Shown: positions 1 through 9,406 of the stretch, one piece after another | How the letters are laid out: each line of letters opens with the position of its first letter | Position numbering within the stretch: position 1 is the first letter of the stretch | Assembly (NCBI GenBank): GCA_016868875.1 | Contig: VGFN01000003.1 | Span: forward strand, 1 to 38,703 | DNA: 38,703 nucleotides | DNA from: Bacteroidota bacterium | GTDB lineage: Bacteria; Bacteroidota; Bacteroidia; UBA7662 | Direction of reading: 5' to 3' | Translations under genes and position numbers: made by a program | The notes under the pieces: generated by a model | Database searches by the model: none | Told to the model about the DNA's origin: nothing | Seen by the model: only the letters and a program-made list of their open reading frames with translations

Positions 1-120
1 CTGCCCGCCTTTGAGGGATTTCTTGACTACGGCGATGAAGGCTTCCACACTTTGGGCTACATCGACTCTTTCGACTCCGGTTTCGTCTGCAATCTGGCGG
101 ATCAAATCAGCTTTGGTCAT
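1..120 (-). CDS. hup: HU/IHF-family DNA-binding protein, N-terminal part (runs off the window; not in ORF track)
   Basis: Reverse complement of 1-120 translates to MTKADLIRQIADETGVERVDVAQSVEAFIAVVKKSLKGGQ, a typical HU N-terminus. HU divergent from mutY-ssb-gldE is the usual Bacteroidota arrangement. Confidence 0.9.
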   Translation of the reverse strand, partial: MTKADLIRQIADETGVERVDVAQSVEAFIAVVKKSLKGGQ

Positions 121-246
121 GATTTAGGTTTTAAAGGTTTGAAAAGTATAAAAAAATTAGATTGATAAGAAAAATCAGTAAAGGTATTTGGGTGAAATAA
201 GCGTTATTTTGGTTGGAAATAGGCCTTCTTTTTCTTAAAAGGAGGG

Positions 247-254
247 CAAATATA
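247..254 (-). promoter_or_regulatory. Bacteroidota primary-sigma -7 element (TATATTTG) for the HU gene
   Basis: Minus strand reads TATATTTG, matching TAnnTTTG, followed by a long AT-rich leader to the ATG at 120. Confidence 0.6.
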
Positions 255-311
255 AGACACATCCTTGAGGTTTAACCAATCCTTTGGGAACGGAACCAAA
301 ATTATTTTACA

Positions 312-1394
312 TTGCTAAAGAATTACAAACCGTTGTGGATTAGGCGTTTGATGAAGTGGTATGATGCCGATAAGCGGGTAATGCCATGGAGGGGGAGCAG
401 GGACCCGTATGTGATTTGGCTCTCCGAGGTGCTTTTGCAACAGACCAGGGTGGAGCAAGGAACCCCTTATTTTCTACGCTTTTTGAAGGCATACCCCACC
501 GTGGATGCCCTGGCAAGTGCGCCCTTGGACGATGTTCTTCGGTTATGGCAAGGATTGGGTTACTACCGAAGGGCGCATTTGATGCATCAAACCGCCATAA
601 TCATCACTCAAATCGGTCAATGGCCTCAAGATGTTGAGGCGCTGAGGCGTTTACCTGGAATTGGGGTGTATACGTCGGCGGCTATTGCCTCCATTGCTTT
701 TGAACGACCTGTACCGGTCATTGATGGCAATGTCATCCGGGTTTTGTCCAGGGCCTTTGGGGCCACTGTTCCCTACGATCGTCCGGAAGGCATGCGGTGG
801 ATACAGGATGCAGCAACCCATTTGCTCTCATCAAGCAGACCCGGGGATTATAACCAAGCCATGATGGACATGGGAGCCGTTTTGTGCAAGCCCAAAAATC
901 CCCTATGCAATGCCTGTTTTTGGTCAGATCGTTGCATCGCCAAGTTGGAAGGTCGTATCGCGGATTTGCCAGCCAAATCGCGACGAACGATGATTGTCAA
1001 AGAGAACCTGCATTATTTCGTAATCCTGTGCAAGGGCTATGTGGCACTGATCAAAAGGCCAGATGAGGGGATATGGGCAGGACTGTATGAGTTTTACAGG
1101 GTGGAGGGTTTGCAGAAGAAGCCGCCGCTGGACCACAATCTGTTTTCAACGGGCCAGACCGTCCAAGTTATCAAGCATCCCTTATCGCATCGGGCGCTGA
1201 CCATCCATTTGGCGGTAACCTTATCCCAAGAACGACCGGAGATACCCCATGCTGTATGGGTCAAGTTGGATCAGCTGCATGAATTTCCCATGCCCAGGCC
1301 TTTGGAATTGTATGCCCGGGAGTTAACTTTGGAATATGGGAGGACTCAACAAAGCCATGCTCATCGGAAACCTCGGCAAGGACCCCGAAGTTAA
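312..1394 (+). CDS. mutY: A/G-specific adenine DNA glycosylase MutY (start codon uncertain)
   Basis: PWR..DPY.IWLSEVLLQQTRV, WQGLGYYRRA, HhH LPGIGVYT, IDGNVIRVLSR, Fe-S motif C-KPKNPL-C-NA-C-FWSDR-C, and a NUDIX-like C-terminal domain. Confidence 0.96.
   Translation: MLKNYKPLWIRRLMKWYDADKRVMPWRGSRDPYVIWLSEVLLQQTRVEQGTPYFLRFLKAYPTVDALASAPLDDVLRLWQGLGYYRRAHLMHQTAIIITQIGQWPQDVEALRRLPGIGVYTSAAIASIAFERPVPVIDGNVIRVLSRAFGATVPYDRPEGMRWIQDAATHLLSSSRPGDYNQAMMDMGAVLCKPKNPLCNACFWSDRCIAKLEGRIADLPAKSRRTMIVKENLHYFVILCKGYVALIKRPDEGIWAGLYEFYRVEGLQKKPPLDHNLFSTGQTVQVIKHPLSHRALTIHLAVTLSQERPEIPHAVWVKLDQLHEFPMPRPLELYARELTLEYGRTQQSHAHRKPRQGPRS
1301..1331 (+). promoter_or_regulatory. Internal promoter for ssb inside the mutY 3' end
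   Basis: TTTG (1301-1304), 19-nt spacer, TAACTTTG (1324-1331): a full match to the Bacteroidota -33/-7 consensus. The ssb ATG lies 4 nt downstream. Confidence 0.7.
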
Positions 1395-1734
1395 AGTTTT
1401 GGATAACGGCGCCAAAATTGCCACCTTTCCTTTAGCCACATCAGAAACATACAAGGATAGAGAAGGCAATAAACAAACCCGGACCGAATGGCACAATATT
1501 GTTTTGTGGCGTGGTTTGGCGGATGTCGCGGAACTTTATTGCCGCAAGGGGGGGCAGGTCTACATCGAAGGGAGGCTGTCGACCCGTAAATGGGACGATA
1601 AGGATGGGCACACCCGGTACACAACGGAAATCATCGGCGATCAAATGGTGCTCTTGTCCAGGGCGGATGTTCAGGGTTCCGCCACAGGCTCTTCAGCCCC
1701 TCCGTCTGAGCCTTCGTCGGATCTCCCTTATTGA
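1336..1734 (+). CDS. ssb: Single-stranded DNA-binding protein
   Basis: LNKAMLIGNLGKDPEV, TEWHNIVLWRGLA, VYIEGRLSTRKW OB fold; C-terminal tip SDLPY. Confidence 0.97.
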   Translation: MGGLNKAMLIGNLGKDPEVKVLDNGAKIATFPLATSETYKDREGNKQTRTEWHNIVLWRGLADVAELYCRKGGQVYIEGRLSTRKWDDKDGHTRYTTEIIGDQMVLLSRADVQGSATGSSAPPSEPSSDLPY

Positions 1735-1774
1735 ACCCCAGCTTCGCTCTAGGATATAGACGACCCCACAACCT

Positions 1775-3097
1775 ATGGATGACCCCCCGGAAGAACTTTT
1801 TTTGGCTGTTGATTTGGGCCTAGGCACCTGGCCCCTGCTCATTATTTTTTTTGTATTATGCTCAGCGATATTTTCCGCCAGTGAAACAGCATATTTTTCT
1901 TTGAGCCGATTGAATTTGGATCAATTAAGAAATTCCGGATTGCCTTCTGATCGCAGGGTCTTGCGCCATCTTTCCAATCCTAAGCGTCTATTGGCGAATT
2001 TGCTTATTGGAAATAATGTAGTGAATCTAACCATCATTCTTTTGTTCTATTATTTGTTATTTAAGGTGTTGACTTTTCCGGGGATGCCTTGGTTGCCGGC
2101 CTTGCTTCAAACCTTCGGAGTTACCGCAATCATTGTTTTTGCAGGAGAGGTCTTGCCCAAGGTTTACGCGTACCGAAACCCCATGGGTGTTGCCCGATGG
2201 TTCAGTTGGCCCTTGCAAGTTTCAGAGTTTCTCTTCAAACCGGTCATTTGGCTGTTGATGCAAAGTTCAGGCTTCATGGATCGTTGGATGGTATCCAAAC
2301 ATGTGCAAGTCTCCAAGGACGAAATTAATCAGGCCATTGACTTGACTTTTGGGGCGGAGAGCAATCGTGGCGGATCTGAGAAGGACCTGCTCAAAGGTAT
2401 TGTTAAATTTGGAGAACTCGAAGTCAGGCAAATCATGGTCCCACGCCAGGATATTCAAGCAATTGATTACCAGGCGACATTGGAGGAGATTCTACCTCAA
2501 TTACGCGACTGGGGGTATTCCCGAGTTCCTGTTTACCGCGAGAGCTTGGATCAAGTAGTGGGTATCTTGTACCTCAAGGATTTGTTTTCCAGGCTCAATC
2601 AGAATAAGAGTTTTCGATGGCAGGAATTGTTGCGTAAACCATATGTCGTCCCCGACACCAAACACCTTGATGAGCTTTTTACAGAATTCAAAGCCAGAAG
2701 AATGCATATGGCCTTGGCGATTGATGAATACGGAGGTGTTTCGGGATTGGTGACTTTGGAAGATACTTTGGAACAAATCATCGGTGAAATTCAGGATGAA
2801 TTCGATACGGATGAACAACGGCTGTGTCGGCGCCTGGATCGAGATTCCTATTGGGTTGCCGGTAAAATGCTCTTGCAGGATTTGTCCAGAGAAACAGGGT
2901 GGGATTTTTCGCCGTTTCAGCCTAGCTTGGAGGGAGTGGAGACTTTAGCGGGCTTGGTCCTGGAATTGGAGGGGAGAATTCCTCTGCAAGGGGAGGTCTT
3001 TCATCATCACGGTTTTGAATTCAAAGTCATTCAAGCGGATCATCGCAGGATCATGGCCATGCACCTGACGTATCAAGTGCCCTCCAAAACGGCATAA
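1775..3097 (+). CDS. gldE: Gliding motility-associated protein GldE (CNNM/CBS/CorC-HlyC hemolysin-like)
   Basis: SAIFSASETAYFSL, GEVLPK, CBS pair (IMVPRQDI, YSRVPVY, DEYGGVSGLVTLED) and a CorC domain. Begins MDDPP and lies between ssb and gldD. Confidence 0.88.
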   Translation: MDDPPEELFLAVDLGLGTWPLLIIFFVLCSAIFSASETAYFSLSRLNLDQLRNSGLPSDRRVLRHLSNPKRLLANLLIGNNVVNLTIILLFYYLLFKVLTFPGMPWLPALLQTFGVTAIIVFAGEVLPKVYAYRNPMGVARWFSWPLQVSEFLFKPVIWLLMQSSGFMDRWMVSKHVQVSKDEINQAIDLTFGAESNRGGSEKDLLKGIVKFGELEVRQIMVPRQDIQAIDYQATLEEILPQLRDWGYSRVPVYRESLDQVVGILYLKDLFSRLNQNKSFRWQELLRKPYVVPDTKHLDELFTEFKARRMHMALAIDEYGGVSGLVTLEDTLEQIIGEIQDEFDTDEQRLCRRLDRDSYWVAGKMLLQDLSRETGWDFSPFQPSLEGVETLAGLVLELEGRIPLQGEVFHHHGFEFKVIQADHRRIMAMHLTYQVPSKTA

Positions 3098-3789
3098 TGA
3101 GGCAAGTACTTTCTCAATTTCTTCGAGTTAAGGCCAAGCGTGTAAGCGTTATAACAGCCATGTTATTGATGGTAGGAGGATATCATTTTTTCGTCTCTTG
3201 TCAATCCGACGACCCTGTGGCCAGGCCCTATGCCTATGCTCGCGCGATACTCCCGGCAGTTCAGCCGGCTCAATATCGGGGGAATTGCCTTCCGGTGACT
3301 TTTGATTACAATGCTGCAGCCAAACCTGTCTGCGTGAATCCATCAGAACTCCCTCATAACTCGTCGAAGTCTTCACTCAATGATCCTCAATGGCTGAATT
3401 TGTCCTATCCCGCATTGGGAGCTCAATGGCACCTATCCTATCATCCCATCGCGGGTGTTCGCTACCAGGACAGGCGTCAGGTTGAACGGAGGGACGCTTT
3501 GGCGGTGTTGATGGCTGAAACCCAGCGTATGACCTTTAAGCATACCCTTAAGGCAACAGCGATTGAAGAGGAAATTATCAGTTACCCGGAACACAAAGTT
3601 TATGGAACCTTGTACGTAGTTGGCGGCGATGCTGCAAGCCAAACCCAATTTTATGTGACGGATAGTGTTAAGCATTATTTACGGGGTTCACTCTATTTTG
3701 AAGTAAGTCCCAACAGCGATTCCTTGCAGCCTTACAGCGCCTATCTGCTAAAGGATATGCGGCGAATTTTGGCGACATTGCGCTGGTAA
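3097..3789 (+). CDS. gldD: Gliding motility lipoprotein GldD
   Basis: Lipobox-like FFVSC-QSDD, RPYAYAR, KHTLKATAIEE, VYGTLY.VGGDAASQTQFYVTDSVKHYLRGSLYF, ends TLRW. Start coupled to the gldE stop. Confidence 0.9.
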   Translation: MRQVLSQFLRVKAKRVSVITAMLLMVGGYHFFVSCQSDDPVARPYAYARAILPAVQPAQYRGNCLPVTFDYNAAAKPVCVNPSELPHNSSKSSLNDPQWLNLSYPALGAQWHLSYHPIAGVRYQDRRQVERRDALAVLMAETQRMTFKHTLKATAIEEEIISYPEHKVYGTLYVVGGDAASQTQFYVTDSVKHYLRGSLYFEVSPNSDSLQPYSAYLLKDMRRILATLRW

Positions 3790-3823
3790 GGTATGGGGAC
3801 TTGAGTGTCAATTCAATTGACGT

Positions 3824-5929
3824 ATGCCAGAACATCCTTTGTTTTATGATTTAGCCTACCTAAAAGGGATTGGCCCGCAACGCGCTGCTTGGCTCGAATC
3901 GGAACTGAGATTGAAGACTTACTATGACTTGTTAACCTATTTCCCATACCGTTACCTCGACAGATCTGAGGTTCATTCCTTGGGGACACTGGTCGAAGGT
4001 CCCGCATTTGTGCAAACCCGAGGCAAAATTCTACGGATCGAAAGGGTAGGGGTAGGCAAAGCAACTCGTTTGGTGGCGACTCTTGCCGATGGCCAACATT
4101 TCTTGGAGTTGATTTGGTTTCAATCGGTTCAGTGGGCGGAATCCAGCATACGCCAAGGGGAAGAGTACCTTGTGTTTGGAAAAGTGAGCCAATACAAGGG
4201 GCAGGCTCAAATGGCGCATCCTGAGTTGACCTTATGGGACGAGTGGAGCAAGAAATCAGGACCGCCCCTCAGCCCTATGTATTCCTTGACCGATAAATTA
4301 AGGCAACGAAATTTGAACAACCGTTGGTGGATGGGTGTCGTCCGTCAAGCCCTCGATCAAGTTTCGGGTAATGTTTCTGAAATTTTGCCGGCCTATGTCG
4401 TGGATGCAGAGTCCTTGATGAACCGCTGGGAGGCCATGGAGCAGGCTCATTTCCCGGATGATCCTGCGCAATTGGCCAAGGCCCTCCACCGCTTCAAATT
4501 CGAAGAATTGTTCTTTTTGCAATTCGGGGTATTGCGACTCAAAAACAACCGAAAATTCCAAAATCCTGGACCCGTTTTTGAAAAGGTGGGGGATATGTTC
4601 CTGCGGTTTTTTCATGAACGTTTACCTTTTGAACTTACCGATGCCCAGAAACGTGTGATCAAAGAAATTCGTGCAGATCTTGGAACAGGTAGGCAAATGA
4701 ATCGTTTGCTGCAGGGTGATGTGGGCAGTGGCAAGACCATGGTGGCGTTGATGAGCATGTTGTTGGCTGCAGATAACAGGTATCAAGCTTGTCTGATGGC
4801 TCCTACGGAGTTACTCTCAAGGCAACATTACGATACCATCCAAGCCATGTTGGGTGATTTGCCGATTCGTTGTGGGTTGCTTACTGGTCAGGTCAAGGGC
4901 AAGGCCCGGAAGGAACTGTTACAAGAATTGTTCGATGGAAGTCTTCATCTTTTGGTAGGGACGCACGCTTTGATACAGGAGCATGTGCATTTCGCCAAAC
5001 TGGGCTTGGCCGTTATCGATGAACAGCATCGTTTTGGGGTGGAGCAACGGGCCAAACTATGGGCCAAGGCCGGTCTTGCCCCCCATATTTTGGTGATGAC
5101 AGCTACACCCATCCCCCGAACCTTGGCGATGACACGGTACGGAGATTTGGAGGTTTCCATCATGAATCAATTGCCTGCTGGTCGTAAGCCGGTACAGACT
5201 TTGGTGACCGCAGAGTCCAAACGACTCAAGATGTTTCGTTTCTTGGAACAACAAATGCAAGCCGGGCGCCAGGTTTATGTGGTCTATCCGGCCATCAAAG
5301 AAACCGAGCAAGCGGAGCTTAAATTTTTGTACGACGGGTACGAGGCCATGCTACGCGCATTTCCCCCTCCACGTTTTCATTTGGCGGTGGTGCATGGGCA
5401 AATGAAATCCGCGGATCGAGATATAGAAATGCAGCGCTTTGTGAAAGGTGTCGCCAATTTATTGGTGGCTACTACCGTTATTGAGGTTGGAGTCAACGTT
5501 CCTAACGCTTCCGTGATGGTGATTGAAAATGCCGAGAGGTTTGGTTTAGCCCAGTTGCATCAATTGCGTGGTCGGGTGGGCCGCGGTTCGGAGCAGTCGT
5601 ATTGCATCCTCATGCACAGGGATAAACCTTCGGAGGAAGCCATTCTGCGTTTGCAGGCTTTGGCATCGACCAACGATGGCTTCGAAATTGCCGAAATGGA
5701 CTTAAAAATGCGTGGTCCTGGGGACTTGGCGGGTACTCAACAAAGTGGCAGTATGGAACTCAAATTTTCGGATTTGGTGGAAGATAGCCACTTGATGTAC
5801 AAAGCGAGGGTGCATGCCGAACGGATTTTGGCGGCTGATCCACATGGTACGGGTGAGCTAAGCGGTAAATTGGTTAGTGCTTACGCCAGGTTTTATGGTC
5901 AAGGCAAAAATTGGAGTAAAATATCGTAA
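3824..5929 (+). CDS. recG: ATP-dependent DNA helicase RecG
   Basis: LKGIGP, wedge domain, MNRLLQGDVGSGKT, DEQHRFGV, MTATPIPRT, AERFGLAQLHQLRGRVGRG, DLKMRGPG. Confidence 0.98.
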   Translation: MPEHPLFYDLAYLKGIGPQRAAWLESELRLKTYYDLLTYFPYRYLDRSEVHSLGTLVEGPAFVQTRGKILRIERVGVGKATRLVATLADGQHFLELIWFQSVQWAESSIRQGEEYLVFGKVSQYKGQAQMAHPELTLWDEWSKKSGPPLSPMYSLTDKLRQRNLNNRWWMGVVRQALDQVSGNVSEILPAYVVDAESLMNRWEAMEQAHFPDDPAQLAKALHRFKFEELFFLQFGVLRLKNNRKFQNPGPVFEKVGDMFLRFFHERLPFELTDAQKRVIKEIRADLGTGRQMNRLLQGDVGSGKTMVALMSMLLAADNRYQACLMAPTELLSRQHYDTIQAMLGDLPIRCGLLTGQVKGKARKELLQELFDGSLHLLVGTHALIQEHVHFAKLGLAVIDEQHRFGVEQRAKLWAKAGLAPHILVMTATPIPRTLAMTRYGDLEVSIMNQLPAGRKPVQTLVTAESKRLKMFRFLEQQMQAGRQVYVVYPAIKETEQAELKFLYDGYEAMLRAFPPPRFHLAVVHGQMKSADRDIEMQRFVKGVANLLVATTVIEVGVNVPNASVMVIENAERFGLAQLHQLRGRVGRGSEQSYCILMHRDKPSEEAILRLQALASTNDGFEIAEMDLKMRGPGDLAGTQQSGSMELKFSDLVEDSHLMYKARVHAERILAADPHGTGELSGKLVSAYARFYGQGKNWSKIS

Positions 5930-5964
5930 AGGTTGGTCCCAACGGGATGCCCCCTTTGACCATG

Positions 5965-6126
5965 CTACCTCAAAAAGGCCCGGTAAATCAAGACCAAAAG
6001 ACCGGCAGCAAACATCAAAATGCTGATTCGATTGATCCCGTGCATCATTCTCAAGTTGAAATTCCGGGTTTGGTGAGCCCCTTTGGGTTTAAAGACTTCT
6101 ACAAAATAGTTTAAGAATTTACGCAT
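5965..6126 (-). CDS. Small 53-aa membrane protein, resembling the Bacteroidota DUF6728 family (not in ORF track)
   Basis: ATG 6126 to TAG 5965 gives MRKFLNYFVEVFKPKGAHQTRNFNLRMMHGINRISILMFAAGLLVLIYRAFLR. It has an A-rich leader and a C-terminal hydrophobic helix. The family is recognised from memory by NFNLRMMHGINRISI. Confidence 0.75.
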   Translation of the reverse strand: MRKFLNYFVEVFKPKGAHQTRNFNLRMMHGINRISILMFAAGLLVLIYRAFLR

Positions 6127-6218
6127 GGTTTGCTGGATTTAATAGAAACACCTACTAATAACCATTTGGTGCGCGAAAGGTTCTTGGGTGGCTTGATTAG
6201 CATGCTGTACGAATTCTC

Positions 6219-7481
6219 TTAACGAATGCCAAGCATTCGGCCACTGTCAAGTCGAAGCAATATGGCAATCATTGCCGTAAAGGACCACAGGGAGGATCCA
6301 CCGTAGCTGATCATGGGTAAGGGAATTCCAATGACGGGCAACAGCCCCAGGGTCATTCCAATATTAATCGTGACGTGAATGAAAATGATGCAACCTACAC
6401 TGTACCCAAATACTCGACCAAAGGTTCCGGGTTGCCTTTCTGCAATCATAAAAATCCTGTACAATAGGAAACCGAAGAGGGAAAGCAGCAACATCGATCC
6501 CCAAAAGCCGTATTCTTCTGCGATGGTACAAAATATAAAATCGGTGCTTTGCTCGGGCACAAAATCAAATTTGGTTTGGGTTCCTTGCAGAAATCCTTTC
6601 CCCCAAAATCCGCCGGAACCAATTGCAATGAGGGATTGGTGCACGTTGTAGCCCGCACCTCGCAGATCATCGACCTTGCCCAACAAAACCAATATGCGTT
6701 GCTTCTGATGCGCAAGTAGAATGTTGTCAAAGGCATACCCGACTCCCGAAACCAAGACCATGGCGGGGATGGTCAATTTGAGGCCGTTGAAGAAGGCCTT
6801 ACGGCTATCTGCGGCCAATACCACATATAAAATCAACACCACCGGAATCGCAACCCACATAGTGTTCAAGCCTAGCCACAAAGTGAGAACGGATAAAAGG
6901 GCGATGGCCAATCCGTAAATCAAATAATTGACAGACAAACCTTCTCGATAATAGACCAGCACAAAGGAGGCATAGACCAAGGCGCTCCCGGTGTCCTTCT
7001 GCAAGAGCAACAGGGCGACTGGGATCAAAAGCCATAAACCGGCCATGATTTGTGAACCAAAATGATCCATGCGAATAGGCCGGTTGGCAAAAAAATAAGC
7101 CACCATCATGGCGGTACTAAGTTTCATGAATTCTGCGGGTTGTAATCGGAACGAACCCAGTTCAAACCAAGCGCGCGCTCCATTTACCTCTCGCCCTAGG
7201 AAAGCCACCGCCAATCCCATGGCCATGCTTATCAAATAAACCAAAGGCCCGCTTTGGTGGTATATGCGGGGATGTATCGACAAGAGCACCATCATAATCA
7301 GCCATGAGCTCACGATCCAGACCATTTGCTTTCCGTAATTTTGTTGGATATCCCAAAGATTCTGATGCTGGGGATTGTACACCGCTGCATATATGGCAAT
7401 CCATCCGATCAAGGTTAGCCCAACATAGGTCCACAACAAAGGTTTGTCAATGAACTGAAAAACGTTTTTCTGCTCCCTCAT
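6219..7481 (-). CDS. rodA: Rod shape-determining SEDS protein RodA
   Basis: GARAWFELGSFRLQPAEFMK, QKDTGSALV, GYNVHQSLIAIGSGG, VPEQSTDFIF, GIPLPMISYGGSS. Confidence 0.96.
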   Translation of the reverse strand: MREQKNVFQFIDKPLLWTYVGLTLIGWIAIYAAVYNPQHQNLWDIQQNYGKQMVWIVSSWLIMMVLLSIHPRIYHQSGPLVYLISMAMGLAVAFLGREVNGARAWFELGSFRLQPAEFMKLSTAMMVAYFFANRPIRMDHFGSQIMAGLWLLIPVALLLLQKDTGSALVYASFVLVYYREGLSVNYLIYGLAIALLSVLTLWLGLNTMWVAIPVVLILYVVLAADSRKAFFNGLKLTIPAMVLVSGVGYAFDNILLAHQKQRILVLLGKVDDLRGAGYNVHQSLIAIGSGGFWGKGFLQGTQTKFDFVPEQSTDFIFCTIAEEYGFWGSMLLLSLFGFLLYRIFMIAERQPGTFGRVFGYSVGCIIFIHVTINIGMTLGLLPVIGIPLPMISYGGSSLWSFTAMIAILLRLDSGRMLGIR

Positions 7482-9358
7482 CCGGTAATTTTTTTGGGAA
7501 CGGGTAAACTGTCTATGCCCTGTGGCAAGATGCGTGCCTTCAGGATTCTTTCTTCGAGGTCTGGTCGCCTTGTACCTCCCAGCAAATACTTCTCAATCAT
7601 TAGACTAGCTACTGGCGCTGCCCATACGCCGCCAAACCCTGCATTTTCAATTAAAACGGCAATTGCTATCCGAGGATTTTTTCGGGGGGCAAAGCACACA
7701 AAGACGGCGTGATCTTTGCCGTGGGGATTTTGAGCAGTACCCGTCTTACCGCAAATGAGTATGCTATCAATTTTTCCATAGGTTGTCGCTGTACCTCGGT
7801 CTACAACTTTTTGCATAGCATCTTGCACAACCAAAAAGTTCTTTGGCTTAATTGGAATATGAAGCTGTTCTCTGTACTTCATTTTCTTTTGTCCAGTGAT
7901 ACCGATGCTACGTACTAGATGGGGGCGGTGGTAATCTCCTTTATTTGCGAAAATTGCCATGGTATGCGCCATTTGCAAGGGTGTCATCCCAAATTCACCT
8001 TGTCCAATTGCAAGTGAAATAATCGAAGATGATTTCCACCGGTTTTGTCCAAATATTTTATCATAGTATTCTGGTGATGGTAAAATGCCATTCCTTTCGT
8101 TTGGTAAATCAACTTCACACTTACGTCCTACGTTGAATTTCTTCATGTAGTCGTACCATACTTTGTATCCTTCTTTGGGCTTGAGGCCACGGTTTTGATC
8201 CACCATGGTTTTGAACACATAACAATAGTAAGGGTTGCATGATTGCTGAATGGACTCCTCAAGATTTAGTGCCCCGTGGGTGTGCGTGCATTTTACCGTA
8301 TGGTTACCGATAGAATATCCCCCACCGCATGGGAATCTGCTTTCAGGCCGAATTAGTCCAAGTTCTTGCCCTATTAAGGCTTGAAGTGATTTAACAATGG
8401 AGCCAGGAGGATACATGGCTTGAAGTGGGCGATTGAATAAAGGTTTTAAGGGGCTTTTAGCTAGAGATCTGTAGTTTTTGCTTCTCACATTACCAACCAT
8501 TAAATTTGGATCGTAACCAGGCGCTGATACCATTGCAAGAATTTCGCCAGTAGATGGCTCAATGGCGACCACGGAACCGAGCTTATTGGCCATAAGGTTT
8601 TCAGCATAGACTTGAAGCTCAATGTCAAGTCCTAAGTGTAAATCTTCACCGGGAATTGGGAGAGAGTCAAAGCCCCCTTCTTTGTAGGGTCCAACTTCAC
8701 GATTATGTACATCTACATAACGGTATTGAACTCCTTTTTTTCCTTTTAAATAATTTTCGTAGGTTTTTTCGAGCCCGCTTATGCCAATATAATCCCCTGA
8801 TTGGTATTCTCCATTGGATTTGGCAATTAATTCAGGCGAGACTTCCCCAACATATCCAAGTAAATGGGCTGCATTTGGATATAAATAGGTCCTAACGGTA
8901 CGGGTTTCTGCATAGATGCCACTAAAATCATGAAGTCTCTCTTGCACATTGACAAAGTCCTCAAGCCTGATTTGAGCATGGAGTAGGCTAGGTTTGAATT
9001 TTGAATAAGTAGCCGCTTTGAGGAGCCTACCTTTGAGTTCTTTCGGGGAAATTCGAATTAAATTGGCCAGTTCAGTAGTGTCAAGGGGTTTTGGCAGTTC
9101 ATTTGGAACAACCATTAAGTCATAAATAGGCCTGTTTACTACAATTTTCCGGCCTTTTCTATCAAATATTATTCCCCTTGGAGGGTAGGAATTTACTCTT
9201 CGTACAGCATTTTGTTGGGCCAACTCACTGTATTCTTCATTGATAACTTGCACATTGAACAGCCTTACTAAAAAAAAAGAAAAGACAATTAGCACCACAC
9301 TTAGAATCAGCAAATGCCGAATTTCTTTGCTTGATTTTGAATCATTTAAATTGGGCAT
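7478..9358 (-). CDS. mrdA: Penicillin-binding protein 2
   Basis: N-terminal TM helix, PPRGIIFDRKG, SxxK (PGSIVK), SxN (SCN), KTG (GKTGTAQ). Located between mreD and rodA. Confidence 0.95.
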   Translation of the reverse strand: MPNLNDSKSSKEIRHLLILSVVLIVFSFFLVRLFNVQVINEEYSELAQQNAVRRVNSYPPRGIIFDRKGRKIVVNRPIYDLMVVPNELPKPLDTTELANLIRISPKELKGRLLKAATYSKFKPSLLHAQIRLEDFVNVQERLHDFSGIYAETRTVRTYLYPNAAHLLGYVGEVSPELIAKSNGEYQSGDYIGISGLEKTYENYLKGKKGVQYRYVDVHNREVGPYKEGGFDSLPIPGEDLHLGLDIELQVYAENLMANKLGSVVAIEPSTGEILAMVSAPGYDPNLMVGNVRSKNYRSLAKSPLKPLFNRPLQAMYPPGSIVKSLQALIGQELGLIRPESRFPCGGGYSIGNHTVKCTHTHGALNLEESIQQSCNPYYCYVFKTMVDQNRGLKPKEGYKVWYDYMKKFNVGRKCEVDLPNERNGILPSPEYYDKIFGQNRWKSSSIISLAIGQGEFGMTPLQMAHTMAIFANKGDYHRPHLVRSIGITGQKKMKYREQLHIPIKPKNFLVVQDAMQKVVDRGTATTYGKIDSILICGKTGTAQNPHGKDHAVFVCFAPRKNPRIAIAVLIENAGFGGVWAAPVASLMIEKYLLGGTRRPDLEERILKARILPQGIDSLPVPKKITG

Positions 9359-9406
9359 GTGTTGGCGGAAACTTATTAATTACCGTGTAATTAAAATAAA
9401 ATTCGT

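Noticed and set aside
9270-9278. A9 homopolymer in mrdA (and T8 at 1845-1852 in gldE) as phase-variation tracts
   Set aside because: Both encode Phe-rich TM segments in intact housekeeping frames; such runs are expected in AT-rich sequence.
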